The position numbers were made by a program, and so were the translations under genes. A stretch of DNA of 64,000 nucleotides from Escherichia coli (lineage in GTDB: Bacteria; Pseudomonadota; Gammaproteobacteria; Enterobacterales; Enterobacteriaceae). Below, piece by piece: positions 1 through 13,020 of the stretch. Position 1 is the stretch's first letter. The number at the start of each line of letters is the position of its first letter. Under the pieces are notes generated by a model, which was given only the letters and a program-made list of their open reading frames with translations, ran no database searches and was not told where the DNA came from. The stretch lies in the NCBI RefSeq assembly GCF_003790525.1, contig NZ_CP033635.1. The stretch is one strand, 5' to 3'.

Positions 1-676
1 CAAAGACTGGACCCGGCAGAATTTACACGTACATGTGGAAGCAAGCGGTGAGCAGTATCGTTTTGTTATGCCAGGCGCGGCATTAAATGAAGATGAGTTT
101 CGCCAGCTTGAAGAGCAAGTTCTGGAAATTGAATCCGGTGCTATCCTGGTCATAAGCGGAAGCCTGCCGCCAGGTGTGAAGCTGGAAAAATTAACCCAAC
201 TGATTTCCGCTGCGCAAAACCAAGGGATCCGCTGTATCGTCGACAGTTCTGGCGAAGCGTTAAGTGCAGCACTGGCGATTGGTAACATCGAGTTGGTTAA
301 GCCTAACCAAAAAGAACTCAGTGCGCTGGTGAATCGCGAACTCACCCAGCCAGACGATGTCCGCAAAGCCGCGCAGGAAATTGTTAATAGCGGCAAGGCC
401 AAACGAGTTGTCGTTTCCCTGGGTCCACAAGGGGCGTTGGGCGTTGATAGTGAAAACTGCATTCAGGTTGTGCCACCACCGGTGAAAAGCCAGAGCACCG
501 TTGGCGCTGGTGACAGCATGGTCGGCGCGATGACACTGAAACTGGCAGAAAATGCCTCTCTTGAAGAGATGGTCCGTTTTGGCGTAGCTGCGGGGAGTGC
601 AGCCACACTCAATCAGGGAACACGCCTGTGCTCCCATGACGATACACAAAAAATTTACGCTTACCTTTCCCGCTAA
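1..676 (+). CDS. pfkB: 6-phosphofructokinase II, 5'-truncated by window edge
   Basis: Translation matches PfkB C-terminal region (ribokinase-family motifs GAGDSMVGA); gene starts before position 1. Confidence 0.9.
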   Translation, partial: KDWTRQNLHVHVEASGEQYRFVMPGAALNEDEFRQLEEQVLEIESGAILVISGSLPPGVKLEKLTQLISAAQNQGIRCIVDSSGEALSAALAIGNIELVKPNQKELSALVNRELTQPDDVRKAAQEIVNSGKAKRVVVSLGPQGALGVDSENCIQVVPPPVKSQSTVGAGDSMVGAMTLKLAENASLEEMVRFGVAAGSAATLNQGTRLCSHDDTQKIYAYLSR

Positions 677-776
677 CTGAAACATTCCCCCTGCATTGGG
701 GGAATCACCACCAACCTGTCGGCAACGCGTTTCTCCGACTATGCTCAAAAGTCATGTGATAACAAAGGGGTGAACT

Positions 777-1067
777 ATGGCCAGTGGCGATCTTGTCCGT
801 TATGTCATAACCGTCATGTTGCATGAGGATACATTGACTGAAATTAATGAGTTGAATAATTACCTGACACGCGACGGTTTTTTGCTCACCATGACGGATG
901 ATGATGGAAATATCCATGAGCTGGGGACTAACACTTTTGGACTTATCAGTACCCAAAGTGAAGAAGAAATTAGAGAACTGGTTTCGGGGCTTACCCAAAG
1001 TGCAACCGGCAAAGATCCTGAAATCACCATCACGACCTGGGAGGAATGGAATAGCAACAGAAAATAA
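777..1067 (+). CDS. ydiZ: small conserved protein YdiZ
   Basis: 96-aa ORF immediately downstream of pfkB as in K-12 order; sequence recognised. Confidence 0.75.
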   Translation: MASGDLVRYVITVMLHEDTLTEINELNNYLTRDGFLLTMTDDDGNIHELGTNTFGLISTQSEEEIRELVSGLTQSATGKDPEITITTWEEWNSNRK

Positions 1068-1172
1068 ATGGTTTTTGGGCAATAATCAGTCTGTGGTGTG
1101 CGTTAGCTCGTGTTTTTACACCGCATTCTTGCGCTAACCTTATGATCTGGCAGACAACATGGGAGAGACATC

Positions 1173-2033
1173 ATGTGGCAGGCAATCAGTCGTCTTTTGA
1201 GCGAGCAGTTAGGTGAAGGCGAAATCGAACTGCGTAATGAACTGCCTGGCGGAGAAGTCCATGCCGCATGGCATTTGCGCTATGCAGGACGTGACTTTTT
1301 CGTCAAATGTGATGAAAGGGAACTGCTTCCCGGTTTTACCGCCGAAGCCGACCAACTGGAGTTACTGTCGCGTAGTAAAACCGTCACTGTGCCTAAGGTT
1401 TGGGCAGTTGGCGCTGACCGTGACTACAGTTTTCTGGTGATGGACTATCTCCCTCCTCGCCCGCTGGATGCGCATAGCGCATTTATTCTTGGTCAGCAAA
1501 TTGCGCGTTTACATCAATGGAGCGACCAACCTCAATTTGGCCTCGATTTCGATAACGCGCTCTCCACAACTCCCCAGCCCAATACCTGGCAACGTCGCTG
1601 GTCAACGTTTTTTGCTGAACAACGGATTGGCTGGCAGCTGGAACTGGCGGCAGAAAAAGGGATCGCTTTCGGCAATATCGATGCCATCGTCGAGCATATT
1701 CAGCAGCGTCTGGCCTCGCATCAACCGCAGCCTTCTCTGTTGCACGGCGATTTATGGTCCGGCAACTGTGCGCTGGGTCCGGATGGCCCGTACATTTTCG
1801 ACCCGGCCTGCTACTGGGGTGACCGAGAGTGCGACCTGGCGATGTTACCGCTGCATACTGAACAGCCGCCACAAATCTATGACGGCTATCAGTCAGTATC
1901 CCCGCTACCTGCCGATTTCCTTGAACGTCAACCGGTTTACCAACTCTACACGCTGTTAAATCGTGCAAGGTTATTTGGCGGTCAGCATTTGGTTATTGCT
2001 CAGCAGTCACTGGATAGATTATTAGCAGCATAA
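1173..2033 (+). CDS. yniA: fructosamine/ketosamine-3-kinase family protein
   Basis: 286-aa ORF, kinase-like family, K-12 synteny. Confidence 0.85.
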   Translation: MWQAISRLLSEQLGEGEIELRNELPGGEVHAAWHLRYAGRDFFVKCDERELLPGFTAEADQLELLSRSKTVTVPKVWAVGADRDYSFLVMDYLPPRPLDAHSAFILGQQIARLHQWSDQPQFGLDFDNALSTTPQPNTWQRRWSTFFAEQRIGWQLELAAEKGIAFGNIDAIVEHIQQRLASHQPQPSLLHGDLWSGNCALGPDGPYIFDPACYWGDRECDLAMLPLHTEQPPQIYDGYQSVSPLPADFLERQPVYQLYTLLNRARLFGGQHLVIAQQSLDRLLAA

Positions 2034-2073
2034 TATGGGGTGAGGATAATGGCCGCTCCGTGCGGCCTTTTGA

Positions 2074-2610
2074 TTAAATAAACCCCAGCAGAGAAAAGAA
2101 CACATAACCTGCAGCAATACAAATAACCGGCAGGATATACAGCGAGAAAAACTGCAGGAAAATAGTATGGTGCGGCACAACAATACGTGACTCAATTTGT
2201 TCACGCGTTAGCCCCTCTTCCCCTTTGGCTTTTTCCAGAATGAGTTGATCTTCAACACCTTCCCGCAAGAAGCGCGCCTGGCGACTCATCCGGGCACCGG
2301 AATCCTGCAACGCCAGTCCGACAAAAATCAGGATGAAAATCATCCAGAACATAACGTTCACGCCACCATTAAAATTGGGCGTCGGGGAGTTATACCAGAA
2401 CAGATTCAAAAAAGGCGTATTCGCCTGCATCATATCGATCATGACATGAGTAAAATCGAGCATGACCGCATTAATGCCTTCCTGGTTTTCCTGCCGGGTA
2501 TTCATAAATTTAAGCAAAGAAATCAATGTAGAGATCAATGCAGGTATAAAAATCACCCAACCCAAAATCCTTTTCAAAACAGCAATGCGTCCAGCTTGTT
2601 GATACGTCAT
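2074..2610 (-). CDS. yniB: inner membrane protein YniB
   Basis: 178-aa hydrophobic ORF, convergent with yniA as in K-12. Confidence 0.8.
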   Translation of the reverse strand: MTYQQAGRIAVLKRILGWVIFIPALISTLISLLKFMNTRQENQEGINAVMLDFTHVMIDMMQANTPFLNLFWYNSPTPNFNGGVNVMFWMIFILIFVGLALQDSGARMSRQARFLREGVEDQLILEKAKGEEGLTREQIESRIVVPHHTIFLQFFSLYILPVICIAAGYVFFSLLGFI

Positions 2611-2756
2611 GAGTTCTCCTTGATTAAGACGCGTCGTTTCACTTAGTTTACCTGTAGATATCTGTTTTCGCCCATTCTTTAAAGGCGATATGATAGGCGC
2701 TTAATCATAAGCACGGCTTAATACCTTACACATAATGCTCTAAAGGAGAGGTTGTA

Positions 2757-3425
2757 ATGTCAACCCCGCGTCAGATTCTTGCTGCAATTTTTGATATGGA
2801 TGGATTACTTATCGACTCAGAACCTTTATGGGATCGAGCTGAACTGGATGTGATGGCAAGCCTGGGGGTGGATATCTCCCGTCGTAACGAGCTGCCGGAC
2901 ACTTTAGGTTTACGCATCGATATGGTGGTCGATCTTTGGTACGCCCGGCAACCCTGGAATGGGCCAAGCCGTCAGGAAGTAGTAGAACGGGTTATTGCCC
3001 GTGCCATTTCACTGGTTGAAGAGACACGCCCATTATTGCCAGGCGTGCGTGAAGCCGTTGCGTTATGCAAAGAACAAGGTTTATTGGTGGGACTGGCCTC
3101 CGCGTCACCACTACATATGCTGGAAAAAGTGTTGACCATGTTTGACTTACGCGACAGTTTCGATGCCCTCGCCTCGGCTGAAAAATTGCCTTACAGCAAG
3201 CCGCATCCGCAAGTATATCTCGACTGCGCAGCAAAACTGGGCGTTGACCCACTGACCTGCGTGGCGCTGGAAGACTCGGTAAATGGCATGATCGCTTCTA
3301 AAGCAGCCCGCATGCGTTCCATCGTCGTTCCTGCGCCAGAAGCGCAAAATGATCCACGTTTTGTATTAGCAAACGTCAAACTCTCATCGCTGACAGAACT
3401 CACCGCAAAAGACCTTCTCGGTTAA
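2757..3425 (+). CDS. hxpB: HAD-family hexitol/2-deoxyglucose-6-phosphate phosphatase
   Basis: 222 aa with HAD motif I (FDMDGLLIDSE); K-12 yniC position. Confidence 0.85.
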   Translation: MSTPRQILAAIFDMDGLLIDSEPLWDRAELDVMASLGVDISRRNELPDTLGLRIDMVVDLWYARQPWNGPSRQEVVERVIARAISLVEETRPLLPGVREAVALCKEQGLLVGLASASPLHMLEKVLTMFDLRDSFDALASAEKLPYSKPHPQVYLDCAAKLGVDPLTCVALEDSVNGMIASKAARMRSIVVPAPEAQNDPRFVLANVKLSSLTELTAKDLLG

Positions 3426-3553
3426 TGACCAGGGGCAGTGATCACACTGCTCCTGGTTCTTTATCTGAATTTGCATTCAACTGACGGATTAATCGTCAAT
3501 TTAAGAGAAAGAGTTACACCGTCACCACTTCCGCGCACTGTATAAAAATCCTA

Positions 3554-3573
3554 TACTGTACGTATCGACAGTT
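3554..3573. promoter_or_regulatory. LexA box (SOS box) upstream of ydjM
   Basis: TACTGTACGTATCGACAGTT fits CTGT-N8-ACAG exactly; a second imperfect box overlaps 3537-3556. Confidence 0.7.
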
Positions 3574-3587
3574 TAGTGAGTTTTATC

Positions 3588-4178
3588 ATGACGGCGGAAG
3601 GTCACCTTCTCTTTTCTATTGCTTGTGCGGTATTTGCCAAAAATGCCGAGCTGACGCCCGTGCTGGCACAGGGTGACTGGTGGCATATTGTCCCTTCCGC
3701 AATCCTGACGTGTTTGTTACCGGACATCGATCACCCAAAGTCGTTTCTTGGGCAGCGATTAAAGTGGATATCAAAACCGATCGCCCGCGCTTTTGGGCAT
3801 CGTGGTTTTACCCACAGTCTGCTGGCGGTATTTGCGCTGCTGGCAACCTTTTACCTTAAGGTTCCTGAAAGCTGGTTCATTCCGGCTGATGCATTGCAGG
3901 GCATGGTGCTGGGTTATTTGAGCCACATACTTGCCGATATGCTGACACCCGCCGGTGTTCCCCTGCTCTGGCCATGCCGCTGGCGTTTCCGCTTGCCTAT
4001 CCTGGTTCCCCAAAAGGGCAACCAACTGGAACGTTTTATCTGCATGGCATTATTTGTCTGGTCGGTATGGATGCCTCATTCATTACCCGAAAACAGCGCT
4101 GTCCGTTGGTCATCGCAAATGATCAATACCTTGCAGATCCAGTTTCATCGGCTTATTAAGCATCAGGTTGAATACTAA
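3588..4178 (+). CDS. ydjM: LexA-regulated inner membrane protein YdjM
   Basis: ORF beginning MTAEGHLLF at second in-frame Met; membrane protein; K-12 synteny. Confidence 0.85.
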   Translation: MTAEGHLLFSIACAVFAKNAELTPVLAQGDWWHIVPSAILTCLLPDIDHPKSFLGQRLKWISKPIARAFGHRGFTHSLLAVFALLATFYLKVPESWFIPADALQGMVLGYLSHILADMLTPAGVPLLWPCRWRFRLPILVPQKGNQLERFICMALFVWSVWMPHSLPENSAVRWSSQMINTLQIQFHRLIKHQVEY

Positions 4179-4310
4179 AAAGGCAAAAATCACCTTTCTG
4201 GAATAAGCAATTCCATTTGAATATAAGAGCCAGCTCACAGTTCTGTTAATCTTGCGCCAACACTATGACTGCTACGCAGTGATAGAAATAATAAGATCAG
4301 GAGAACGGGG

Positions 4311-5702
4311 ATGAACTTTCCATTAATTGCGAACATCGTGGTGTTCGTTGTACTGCTGTTTGCGCTGGCTCAGACCCGCCATAAACAGTGGAGTCTGGCG
4401 AAAAAAGTGCTGGTGGGTCTGGTGATGGGTGTGGTTTTTGGCCTCGCCCTGCATACCATTTATGGTTCTGACAGCCAGGTACTTAAAGATTCTGTACAGT
4501 GGTTTAACATCGTTGGTAACGGCTATGTTCAACTGCTGCAAATGATCGTTATGCCGTTAGTCTTTGCCTCTATTCTGAGCGCGGTTGCCCGTCTGCATAA
4601 CGCATCTCAGTTAGGCAAAATCAGTTTTCTGACCATCGGAACGCTTTTGTTTACCACGCTGATTGCGGCGCTGGTCGGTGTGCTGGTCACCAACCTGTTT
4701 GGTTTGACGGCTGAAGGTCTGGTTCAGGGTGGTGCAGAAACTGCACGTTTGAACGCCATCGAAAGTAACTATGTTGGTAAAGTCTCTGACCTGAGCGTTC
4801 CGCAGCTGGTCTTGTCCTTTATCCCGAAAAACCCGTTTGCCGATTTGACCGGAGCCAATCCGACGTCAATTATCAGCGTGGTAATTTTTGCCGCATTCCT
4901 CGGCGTAGCTGCGCTCAAGCTGCTGAAGGATGATGCGCCGAAAGGTGAACGCGTCTTAACCGCTATCGATACCCTGCAAAGCTGGGTGATGAAACTGGTT
5001 CGCCTGGTCATGCAGCTGACCCCTTACGGCGTTCTGGCGCTGATGACCAAAGTGGTTGCAGGTTCTAACCTGCAAGACATCATCAAACTGGGAAGTTTCG
5101 TTGTCGCGTCCTACCTCGGTCTGCTGATTATGTTTGCAGTGCATGGCCTTCTGCTGGGCATTAATGGCGTGAGCCCGCTGAAATACTTCCGTAAGGTATG
5201 GCCAGTTCTGACGTTTGCCTTTACCAGCCGTTCCAGTGCTGCGTCTATCCCACTGAATGTGGAAGCACAAACGCGTCGACTCGGTGTTCCTGAATCCATC
5301 GCCAGTTTCGCCGCCTCTTTCGGTGCAACCATTGGTCAGAACGGCTGTGCCGGTTTGTATCCGGCGATGCTGGCGGTGATGGTTGCGCCTACGGTTGGCA
5401 TTAACCCGATGGACCCGATGTGGATTGCGACGCTGGTCGGTATTGTTACCGTTAGTTCCGCAGGCGTTGCCGGTGTCGGTGGTGGTGCAACTTTCGCCGC
5501 ACTGATTGTGCTGCCTGCGATGGGCCTGCCAGTAACCCTGGTGGCGCTGTTAATCTCCGTTGAACCGCTTATCGACATGGGCCGTACGGCGCTAAACGTT
5601 AGTGGCTCGATGACAGCTGGCACGCTGACCAGCCAGTGGCTGAAGCAAACCGATAAAGCCATTCTGGATAGCGAAGACGACGCCGAACTGGCACACCGTT
5701 AA
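4311..5702 (+). CDS. tcyP: L-cystine transporter (sodium:dicarboxylate symporter family)
   Basis: 463-aa polytopic membrane ORF; K-12 ydjN position. Confidence 0.9.
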   Translation: MNFPLIANIVVFVVLLFALAQTRHKQWSLAKKVLVGLVMGVVFGLALHTIYGSDSQVLKDSVQWFNIVGNGYVQLLQMIVMPLVFASILSAVARLHNASQLGKISFLTIGTLLFTTLIAALVGVLVTNLFGLTAEGLVQGGAETARLNAIESNYVGKVSDLSVPQLVLSFIPKNPFADLTGANPTSIISVVIFAAFLGVAALKLLKDDAPKGERVLTAIDTLQSWVMKLVRLVMQLTPYGVLALMTKVVAGSNLQDIIKLGSFVVASYLGLLIMFAVHGLLLGINGVSPLKYFRKVWPVLTFAFTSRSSAASIPLNVEAQTRRLGVPESIASFAASFGATIGQNGCAGLYPAMLAVMVAPTVGINPMDPMWIATLVGIVTVSSAGVAGVGGGATFAALIVLPAMGLPVTLVALLISVEPLIDMGRTALNVSGSMTAGTLTSQWLKQTDKAILDSEDDAELAHR

Positions 5703-5705
5703 TTC

Positions 5706-6521
5706 TTATGCTGGCAACGGTCCGTTTTGTATAGGGACCGTTGCCTTACTTTTTAAATGTTCCATCGCGGCGATGCATACTGACTCATATTGAAACAGAT
5801 CGTCAGCGAAAAAAATGGCCAACTTATCAATACATTCCTGGCTCAATGAATGTGCCTGTAGCGAGAAGCTTAAAACCTCATACCCGAGACGTTTTCTAAG
5901 TGAACTATCTGAAATACTCATAATATCTTCAAGCACACCATTTCCCATTCCCGGAAGATTTAGTGGATTAAAAAGAAGACTGATATTAAGCATTGATATT
6001 ATCGAAGGAAACTTTAGGAGACTCTCATTTTTTTGAATCGCAGCAAAAATGCTCCCGACAGGATGTATATAATTTTGTTCATAGTATATAGTCCTTAAAT
6101 AGTGAATAACCAACCTGTTTTTTATATTGATCAAATTGGTCATTTTTTCTGGGCGAAATACAGAAGTGACATCCATTCCAATAAAATCTTTATTTATACC
6201 TCTTATCCGAATTTCACTACCATAAAGATTATTAATTATTACTCTATATTTAACATTGTCCTGCAGATATGTATCAAAACTAAGTGCTGGCGCTCCTGGC
6301 TTTGAGGCATCATAGTTAATGTTAGACATATAGGCAATCATATAATTAAAGTTTGATTCTGCTATTTCATCGCAGTCACATTGACCCGTTGATATAAAGA
6401 AAGTGAGTGCTGTCATAGTAGACTGCAGCCTTTCTTTAAAAGAGTCGAAAGCCAGGCTTTTAATATTTAAATCACCATAATTACTCTGTATTAAGTTTGT
6501 AGAAAGCATCTCCCGCCTCAT
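5706..6521 (-). CDS. ydjO: uncharacterised protein YdjO
   Basis: 271-aa AT-rich ORF in the K-12 ydjO position. Confidence 0.7.
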   Translation of the reverse strand: MRREMLSTNLIQSNYGDLNIKSLAFDSFKERLQSTMTALTFFISTGQCDCDEIAESNFNYMIAYMSNINYDASKPGAPALSFDTYLQDNVKYRVIINNLYGSEIRIRGINKDFIGMDVTSVFRPEKMTNLINIKNRLVIHYLRTIYYEQNYIHPVGSIFAAIQKNESLLKFPSIISMLNISLLFNPLNLPGMGNGVLEDIMSISDSSLRKRLGYEVLSFSLQAHSLSQECIDKLAIFFADDLFQYESVCIAAMEHLKSKATVPIQNGPLPA

Positions 6522-6797
6522 ATTGTTAACAAAATTATTATCTCATTTAAATCTAAGTCATTTACAATATAAGTTTAAGAGCGACGCCACAGGATGAACT
6601 ATCAAAAATAGCTCATCATGATTAGCAAAACTTAACCATTTTAAAATAAATAAACAATTAAAGAAAAAAGTTCACTTATTTATAGCAATAGATCGTCAAA
6701 GGCAGCTTTTTGTTACAGGTGGTTTGAATGAATGTAGCAATGAAATACAAAATTTCAGGCCATGTAACTCCCGGCAAAACCGGGAGGTACGTAATCT

Positions 6798-7040
6798 TTA
6801 CTCAGTCACTTCCCCTTCCTGGCGGATCTGATTTGCCCAACGCTGGGCGGATTCAGGCACAGTAAACGCCGGTGAGCGCATAAATGACTCCCCCATCAGT
6901 ACAAACGCAACATATTTGCCACGCAGCATCCAGACATCACGAAACGAATCCATCTTTATCGCATGTTCTGGCGGCGCGGGTTCCGTGCGTGGGATATAGC
7001 TAATAATCTGGCGGTTTTGCTGACGGAGCGGTTTCTTCAT
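6798..7040 (-). CDS. cedA: cell-division modulator CedA
   Basis: 80-aa product starting MKKPLRQQNRQ (ORF extends to 7061 with an upstream Met). Confidence 0.8.
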   Translation of the reverse strand: MKKPLRQQNRQIISYIPRTEPAPPEHAIKMDSFRDVWMLRGKYVAFVLMGESFMRSPAFTVPESAQRWANQIRQEGEVTE

Positions 7041-7243
7041 TACTGGCTTCACTAAACGCATATTAAAAATCAGAAAAACTGTAGTTTAGCCGATTTAGCC
7101 CCTGTACGTCCCGCTTTGCGTGTATTTCATAACACCGTTTCCAGAATAGTTTCCGAAGCGGGATCTGGCTGGTGGTCTATAGTTAGAGGGTTTTTTGACC
7201 AAAACAGCGGCCCTTTCAGTAATAATTTAAGGAGACGAGTTCA

Positions 7244-9505
7244 ATGTCGCAACATAACGAAAAGAACCCACATCAGCACCAGTCACCACTACACGATTCC
7301 AGCGAAGCGAAACCGGGGATGGACTCACTGGCACCTGAAGACGGATCTCATCGTCCAGCGGCTGAACCAACACCGCCTGGTGCACAACCTACCGCCCCAG
7401 GGAGCCTGAAAGCCCCTGATACGCGTAACGAAAAACTTAATTCTCTGGAAGACGTACGCAAAGGCAGTGAAAATTATGCGCTGACCACTAATCAGGGCGT
7501 GCGCATCGCCGACGATCAAAACTCACTGCGTGGCGGTAGCCGTGGTCCAACGCTGCTGGAAGATTTTATTCTGCGCGAGAAAATCACCCACTTTGACCAT
7601 GAGCGCATCCCGGAACGTATTGTTCATGCACGTGGATCAGCCGCTCACGGTTATTTCCAGCCATATAAAAGCTTAAGCGATATTACCAAAGCGGATTTCC
7701 TCTCAGATCCGAACAAAATCACCCCAGTATTTGTACGTTTCTCTACCGTTCAGGGTGGTGCTGGCTCTGCCGATACCGTGCGTGATATCCGTGGCTTTGC
7801 CACCAAGTTCTATACCGAAGAGGGTATTTTTGACCTTGTTGGCAATAACACGCCAATCTTCTTTATCCAGGATGCGCATAAATTCCCTGATTTTGTGCAT
7901 GCGGTAAAACCAGAACCACACTGGGCAATCCCGCAGGGGCAAAGCGCTCACGACACCTTCTGGGATTATGTTTCCCTGCAACCGGAAACACTGCACAACG
8001 TAATGTGGGCGATGTCGGATCGTGGTATCCCGCGCAGCTACCGCACTATGGAAGGCTTTGGTATTCATACCTTCCGTCTGATTAACGCCGAAGGTAAAGC
8101 GACGTTCGTACGTTTCCACTGGAAACCACTGGCAGGTAAAGCCTCACTCGTTTGGGATGAAGCACAAAAACTAACCGGACGTGACCCGGACTTCCACCGC
8201 CGCGAGTTGTGGGAAGCGATTGAAGCCGGCGATTTTCCGGAATACGAACTGGGCTTCCAGTTGATTCCTGAGGAAGATGAATTTAAGTTCGACTTCGACC
8301 TTCTTGATCCAACTAAACTTATCCCGGAAGAACTGGTGCCCGTTCAGCGTGTCGGCAAAATGGTGCTCAATCGCAATCCGGATAACTTCTTTGCCGAAAA
8401 CGAACAAGCAGCATTCCATCCAGGTCATATTGTTCCTGGTCTGGACTTCACCAACGATCCGCTGTTGCAGGGGCGTTTGTTCTCTTATACCGATACACAA
8501 ATCAGTCGTCTTGGCGGACCAAATTTCCATGAGATTCCGATTAACCGCCCGACCTGCCCTTACCATAATTTCCAGCGTGACGGCATGCATCGTATGGGGA
8601 TCGACACTAACCCGGCGAATTATGAACCGAACTCGATCAACGATAACTGGCCGCGCGAAACACCGCCGGGGCCGAAACGCGGCGGTTTTGAATCATACCA
8701 GGAGCGCGTGGAAGGCAATAAAGTTCGCGAGCGCAGCCCATCGTTTGGCGAATATTATTCCCATCCGCGTCTGTTCTGGCTAAGTCAGACGCCATTCGAG
8801 CAGCGCCATATTGTCGATGGTTTCAGTTTTGAGTTAAGCAAAGTAGTTCGTCCGTATATTCGTGAGCGCGTTGTTGACCAGCTGGCACATATTGATCTCA
8901 CTCTGGCCCAGGCGGTGGCGAAAAATCTCGGTATCGAGCTGACGGACGACCAGCTGAATATCACCCCGCCTCCGGACGTCAACGGTCTGAAAAAGGATCC
9001 ATCCTTAAGTTTGTACGCCATTCCTGACGGTGATGTGAAAGGTCGCGTGGTAGCGATTTTACTTAATGATGAAGTGAGATCGGCAGACCTTCTGGCCATT
9101 CTCAAGGCGCTGAAGGCCAAAGGCGTTCATGCCAAACTGCTCTACTCCCGAATGGGTGAAGTGACTGCGGATGACGGTACGGTGCTGCCTATAGCCGCTA
9201 CATTTGCCGGAGCGCCTTCGCTGACGGTCGATGCGGTTATTGTCCCTTGCGGCAATATCGCGGATATCGCTGACAACGGCGATGCCAACTACTACCTGAT
9301 GGAAGCCTACAAACACCTTAAACCGATTGCGCTGGCAGGAGACGCGCGCAAGTTTAAAGTAAGAATCAAGGTCGCTGATCAGGGTGAAGAAGGGATTGTG
9401 GAAGCTGACAGCGCCGATGGTAGTTTTATGGATGAACTGTTAACGCTGATGGCAGCACACCGCGTGTGGTCACGCATTCCTAAGATTGACAAAATTCCGG
9501 CGTAA
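7244..9505 (+). CDS. katE: catalase HPII
   Basis: 753-aa large-subunit catalase, unmistakable sequence. Confidence 0.95.
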   Translation: MSQHNEKNPHQHQSPLHDSSEAKPGMDSLAPEDGSHRPAAEPTPPGAQPTAPGSLKAPDTRNEKLNSLEDVRKGSENYALTTNQGVRIADDQNSLRGGSRGPTLLEDFILREKITHFDHERIPERIVHARGSAAHGYFQPYKSLSDITKADFLSDPNKITPVFVRFSTVQGGAGSADTVRDIRGFATKFYTEEGIFDLVGNNTPIFFIQDAHKFPDFVHAVKPEPHWAIPQGQSAHDTFWDYVSLQPETLHNVMWAMSDRGIPRSYRTMEGFGIHTFRLINAEGKATFVRFHWKPLAGKASLVWDEAQKLTGRDPDFHRRELWEAIEAGDFPEYELGFQLIPEEDEFKFDFDLLDPTKLIPEELVPVQRVGKMVLNRNPDNFFAENEQAAFHPGHIVPGLDFTNDPLLQGRLFSYTDTQISRLGGPNFHEIPINRPTCPYHNFQRDGMHRMGIDTNPANYEPNSINDNWPRETPPGPKRGGFESYQERVEGNKVRERSPSFGEYYSHPRLFWLSQTPFEQRHIVDGFSFELSKVVRPYIRERVVDQLAHIDLTLAQAVAKNLGIELTDDQLNITPPPDVNGLKKDPSLSLYAIPDGDVKGRVVAILLNDEVRSADLLAILKALKAKGVHAKLLYSRMGEVTADDGTVLPIAATFAGAPSLTVDAVIVPCGNIADIADNGDANYYLMEAYKHLKPIALAGDARKFKVRIKVADQGEEGIVEADSADGSFMDELLTLMAAHRVWSRIPKIDKIPA

Positions 9506-9551
9506 ATATGGATAAGGTCACGCCCCCTGGGGAGTGACCTTACCACCTTAC

Positions 9552-10313
<762 letters not shown>

Positions 10314-11666
10314 TTAATGTGCTTTTTTAAGCTCTGCGATGCAGTCGGCAAAATTTGGCAACCATTTCTCGTGCGCCAGAATCATCTCGCGTGCCAGCAG
10401 CTCAGCATCGCGATCGGAATGCACCAACGGACTAAGGTTTAGGGCCAGTAACACATCGTTAAACTCTCCGCTAAGTGCGGCGTTGCTGGCAGCAATCTCG
10501 AAGCTTTTAATGGTGTGAATCAGCCCCATCACTTTATCATCGAAATGCGTAATGCGCGGATGTGGCGTCGCGCCATCGCGCCCCAGCGTACAGGTCATTT
10601 CTACCGCCCAGTCTGCCGGAATATTATCAATATGCCCATGATGCGGGATATTAACGTAATGTTCAGCTTGCTTGTCGTTGTAGATAGCGTTGATCACTTC
10701 GCATGCAGCATCAGAGTAATAAGCCCCACCGCGCTGTTCCAGTTCTTTCGGCTTAACTTTCAACTCCGGGTTTTTATACAGCTCAAAAAGTTGTTTCTCG
10801 ACTTTCTGTACTACCTGCGCTCGTGCGCCGCCTTTGTAGTATTCGCCCATTTCAATAGCCAGCATCTCTTTTTGCTTGAAGTAATAAAGCAAATAAGAAC
10901 ACGGCAACAGATTCAGAGAACGAATTAAGCCTTCGCTAAATGGCAGATCGAAAATATTTTTAACGCCAGATGCTTTTAACTGCCCGGATGCCACACCATC
11001 AAGCAATTCGGCAAAGCGTGATTTGCCATTTACCAGCACATCTTTAATGAACACCATATGGTTGAGGCCGAACAGATCGATAGATAAATCATCGCTGTCT
11101 TTCAGCATCAGAACATCGCGAATAAACATCTTCATGCCGATCGGAATATTACACACGCCGATAAAGCGTTTAAATCCAGTATGACGATAAACGGCTTCAG
11201 TGACCATTCCCGCCGGGTTAGTGAAATTAATCACCCATGCATTCGGACAAAGTTCTTCGACATCTTTTACGATGTCAAAAATCACCGGAATGGTACGCAG
11301 ACCTTTAAACAGGCCGCCCGCGCCGTTGGTTTCCTGACCAAGATAACCATGACTTAATGGAATACGTTCATCCAGTTCGCGCGCCGGTAATTGGCCTACG
11401 CGCAGTTGGGTAGTAACGAAATCAGCATCTTTCAATGCTTCGCGGCGATCCAGCGTTTTATAAAGCTTCATCGGGACGCCAGCGTTATCAATCATCCGTT
11501 GGCAGAGATCAAAAATAATATCCAGTTTCTCTTTACCATCTTCGACATCCACCAGCCATAATTCGCTGACCGGCAATTCGTGATAACGCTTAATAAATCC
11601 TTCCAGTAACTCCGGGGTATAGCTGCTCCCGCCACCAATAGTGACGACTTTTAATTTCTGGCTCAT
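10314..11666 (-). CDS. chbF: 6-phospho-beta-glucosidase (GH4, NAD/Mn-dependent)
   Basis: Product starting MSQKLKVVTIGGGSSYTPELL; ORF track extends further upstream to 11735. Confidence 0.9.
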   Translation of the reverse strand: MSQKLKVVTIGGGSSYTPELLEGFIKRYHELPVSELWLVDVEDGKEKLDIIFDLCQRMIDNAGVPMKLYKTLDRREALKDADFVTTQLRVGQLPARELDERIPLSHGYLGQETNGAGGLFKGLRTIPVIFDIVKDVEELCPNAWVINFTNPAGMVTEAVYRHTGFKRFIGVCNIPIGMKMFIRDVLMLKDSDDLSIDLFGLNHMVFIKDVLVNGKSRFAELLDGVASGQLKASGVKNIFDLPFSEGLIRSLNLLPCSYLLYYFKQKEMLAIEMGEYYKGGARAQVVQKVEKQLFELYKNPELKVKPKELEQRGGAYYSDAACEVINAIYNDKQAEHYVNIPHHGHIDNIPADWAVEMTCTLGRDGATPHPRITHFDDKVMGLIHTIKSFEIAASNAALSGEFNDVLLALNLSPLVHSDRDAELLAREMILAHEKWLPNFADCIAELKKAH

Positions 11667-11769
11667 AATTTCTCCCTTCAGTACAGAATACTGATATCTG
11701 GCATATCTGCCCCCCGGACATAAATAATCCAGCAACAGGACAGATATGTGAATTGTCAGGTATAACGAC

Positions 11770-12612
11770 TTACTGATTAAATTCAGTCAATTTCTTACGA
11801 TAGCTCTTAGGCGTAAAGGACGTTAATTTCTTAAACGTTTTAATAAACAAACTCGGGCTACTATAACCGGCCTCAAACGCAACATCCGTCACTGAATAGT
11901 TGGTCATTTCCAGTTGTTTTTTGGCAAAATTAATACGGATTTCATTAATAATCTGCATTGGCGTTTTGCCATAATATCGTTGAGTCGCTCGCGTCAAATA
12001 TTCCTGTGATTTGGCTGACAACGTCACCATATTCTCCAGTGCCGATTCACTAAACTGCTCTTTATCATGCATCTTTTCTACCGTACTTTTCAGCCACTGC
12101 GGTACATCATCAATCACCTGTTCTTCGCGGTAATGACGTAAACGGTTAATGACATAAAAAGTAACCATCTCAACAAACTCTTCCAGCCCTGTTTCGCGGA
12201 AATTCAATGAAGAAATCACTGTTTCCACATAGGTGAGAAAAGCGTTATTGGTCCGGTATACCTGCGAAGCAACAAAGCAATAAGGCAACAACGGCAGGTA
12301 ATGCTGCTCAAAAAAGCGTTTACTGATCCCAACGTTCAATATGCGCGTGGCACCAAACTCATAAAAACTTTGATGGTGCGAACCTAACGGAATAAAAACA
12401 AAATCGCCCCGTTCCAGTAACACGCGCTTACCGTTAATCTCCTGGAAATAACGCCCGGTTAATACCAGAGTAAATTCATAATAGTCGTGCTGATGCAGTC
12501 CGCTGATACTCTCAGTTTTGTTGTAGATAAACACATGGAAGTTTTTGCCATTAAACAACTGCTGTTCTCGGGCAGTGGCAATTTCCGGCGCGTTAATCAT
12601 TGGCTGCATCAT
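11770..12612 (-). CDS. chbR: AraC-family dual regulator of chb operon
   Basis: 280 aa, cupin N-domain plus AraC HTH C-domain. Confidence 0.9.
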   Translation of the reverse strand: MMQPMINAPEIATAREQQLFNGKNFHVFIYNKTESISGLHQHDYYEFTLVLTGRYFQEINGKRVLLERGDFVFIPLGSHHQSFYEFGATRILNVGISKRFFEQHYLPLLPYCFVASQVYRTNNAFLTYVETVISSLNFRETGLEEFVEMVTFYVINRLRHYREEQVIDDVPQWLKSTVEKMHDKEQFSESALENMVTLSAKSQEYLTRATQRYYGKTPMQIINEIRINFAKKQLEMTNYSVTDVAFEAGYSSPSLFIKTFKKLTSFTPKSYRKKLTEFNQ

Positions 12613-12619
12613 CGACTCC

Positions 12620-12970
12620 TTATGCCTTCAGTTTTTCATGAAGCTCAATTAATTCAGTAATCAGTTCACGCGCAAGCATGGACGTCATTAAATGATCCTG
12701 AGCGTGGACCAGCACCAGACTCACTTTCATCTTACCTTCGCCCGCATCGCCTTCAATCAGTTTCGTCTGTACCAGATGCGCTTCATTCAATGCCATCCGT
12801 GACTGATCCATCATGGCTTTTGCTGCGGCAAAATCGCCCTGCTTCGCCTGTTTCAGTGCCGCATACGCCAGGCTGCGCGCTTGTCCGGAGTTGATGATAA
12901 GCCCCATCACCACTTCTTCCAGCTCTTCAGCTTCTGTTTGCGTATCGGGAATGTTATCGAGATCCATCAT
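12620..12970 (-). CDS. chbA: PTS chitobiose-specific EIIA
   Basis: 116 aa lactose/cellobiose-family EIIA. Confidence 0.9.
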   Translation of the reverse strand: MMDLDNIPDTQTEAEELEEVVMGLIINSGQARSLAYAALKQAKQGDFAAAKAMMDQSRMALNEAHLVQTKLIEGDAGEGKMKVSLVLVHAQDHLMTSMLARELITELIELHEKLKA

Positions 12971-13020
12971 ACATCGTTCCTCTCTTTTCTTACCGGCACG
13001 ATTACCCGTACCGGCATCGA

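Noticed and set aside
260-748. Long antisense ORFs inside pfkB, yniA, astB/astD, phoX and iha (for example 260-748, 1483-1968, 21812-22102, 42887-43300, 53080-53271)
   Set aside because: They lie wholly inside well-supported genes on the opposite strand, have no ribosome-binding sites and have compositions typical of shadow frames in GC-rich coding DNA.
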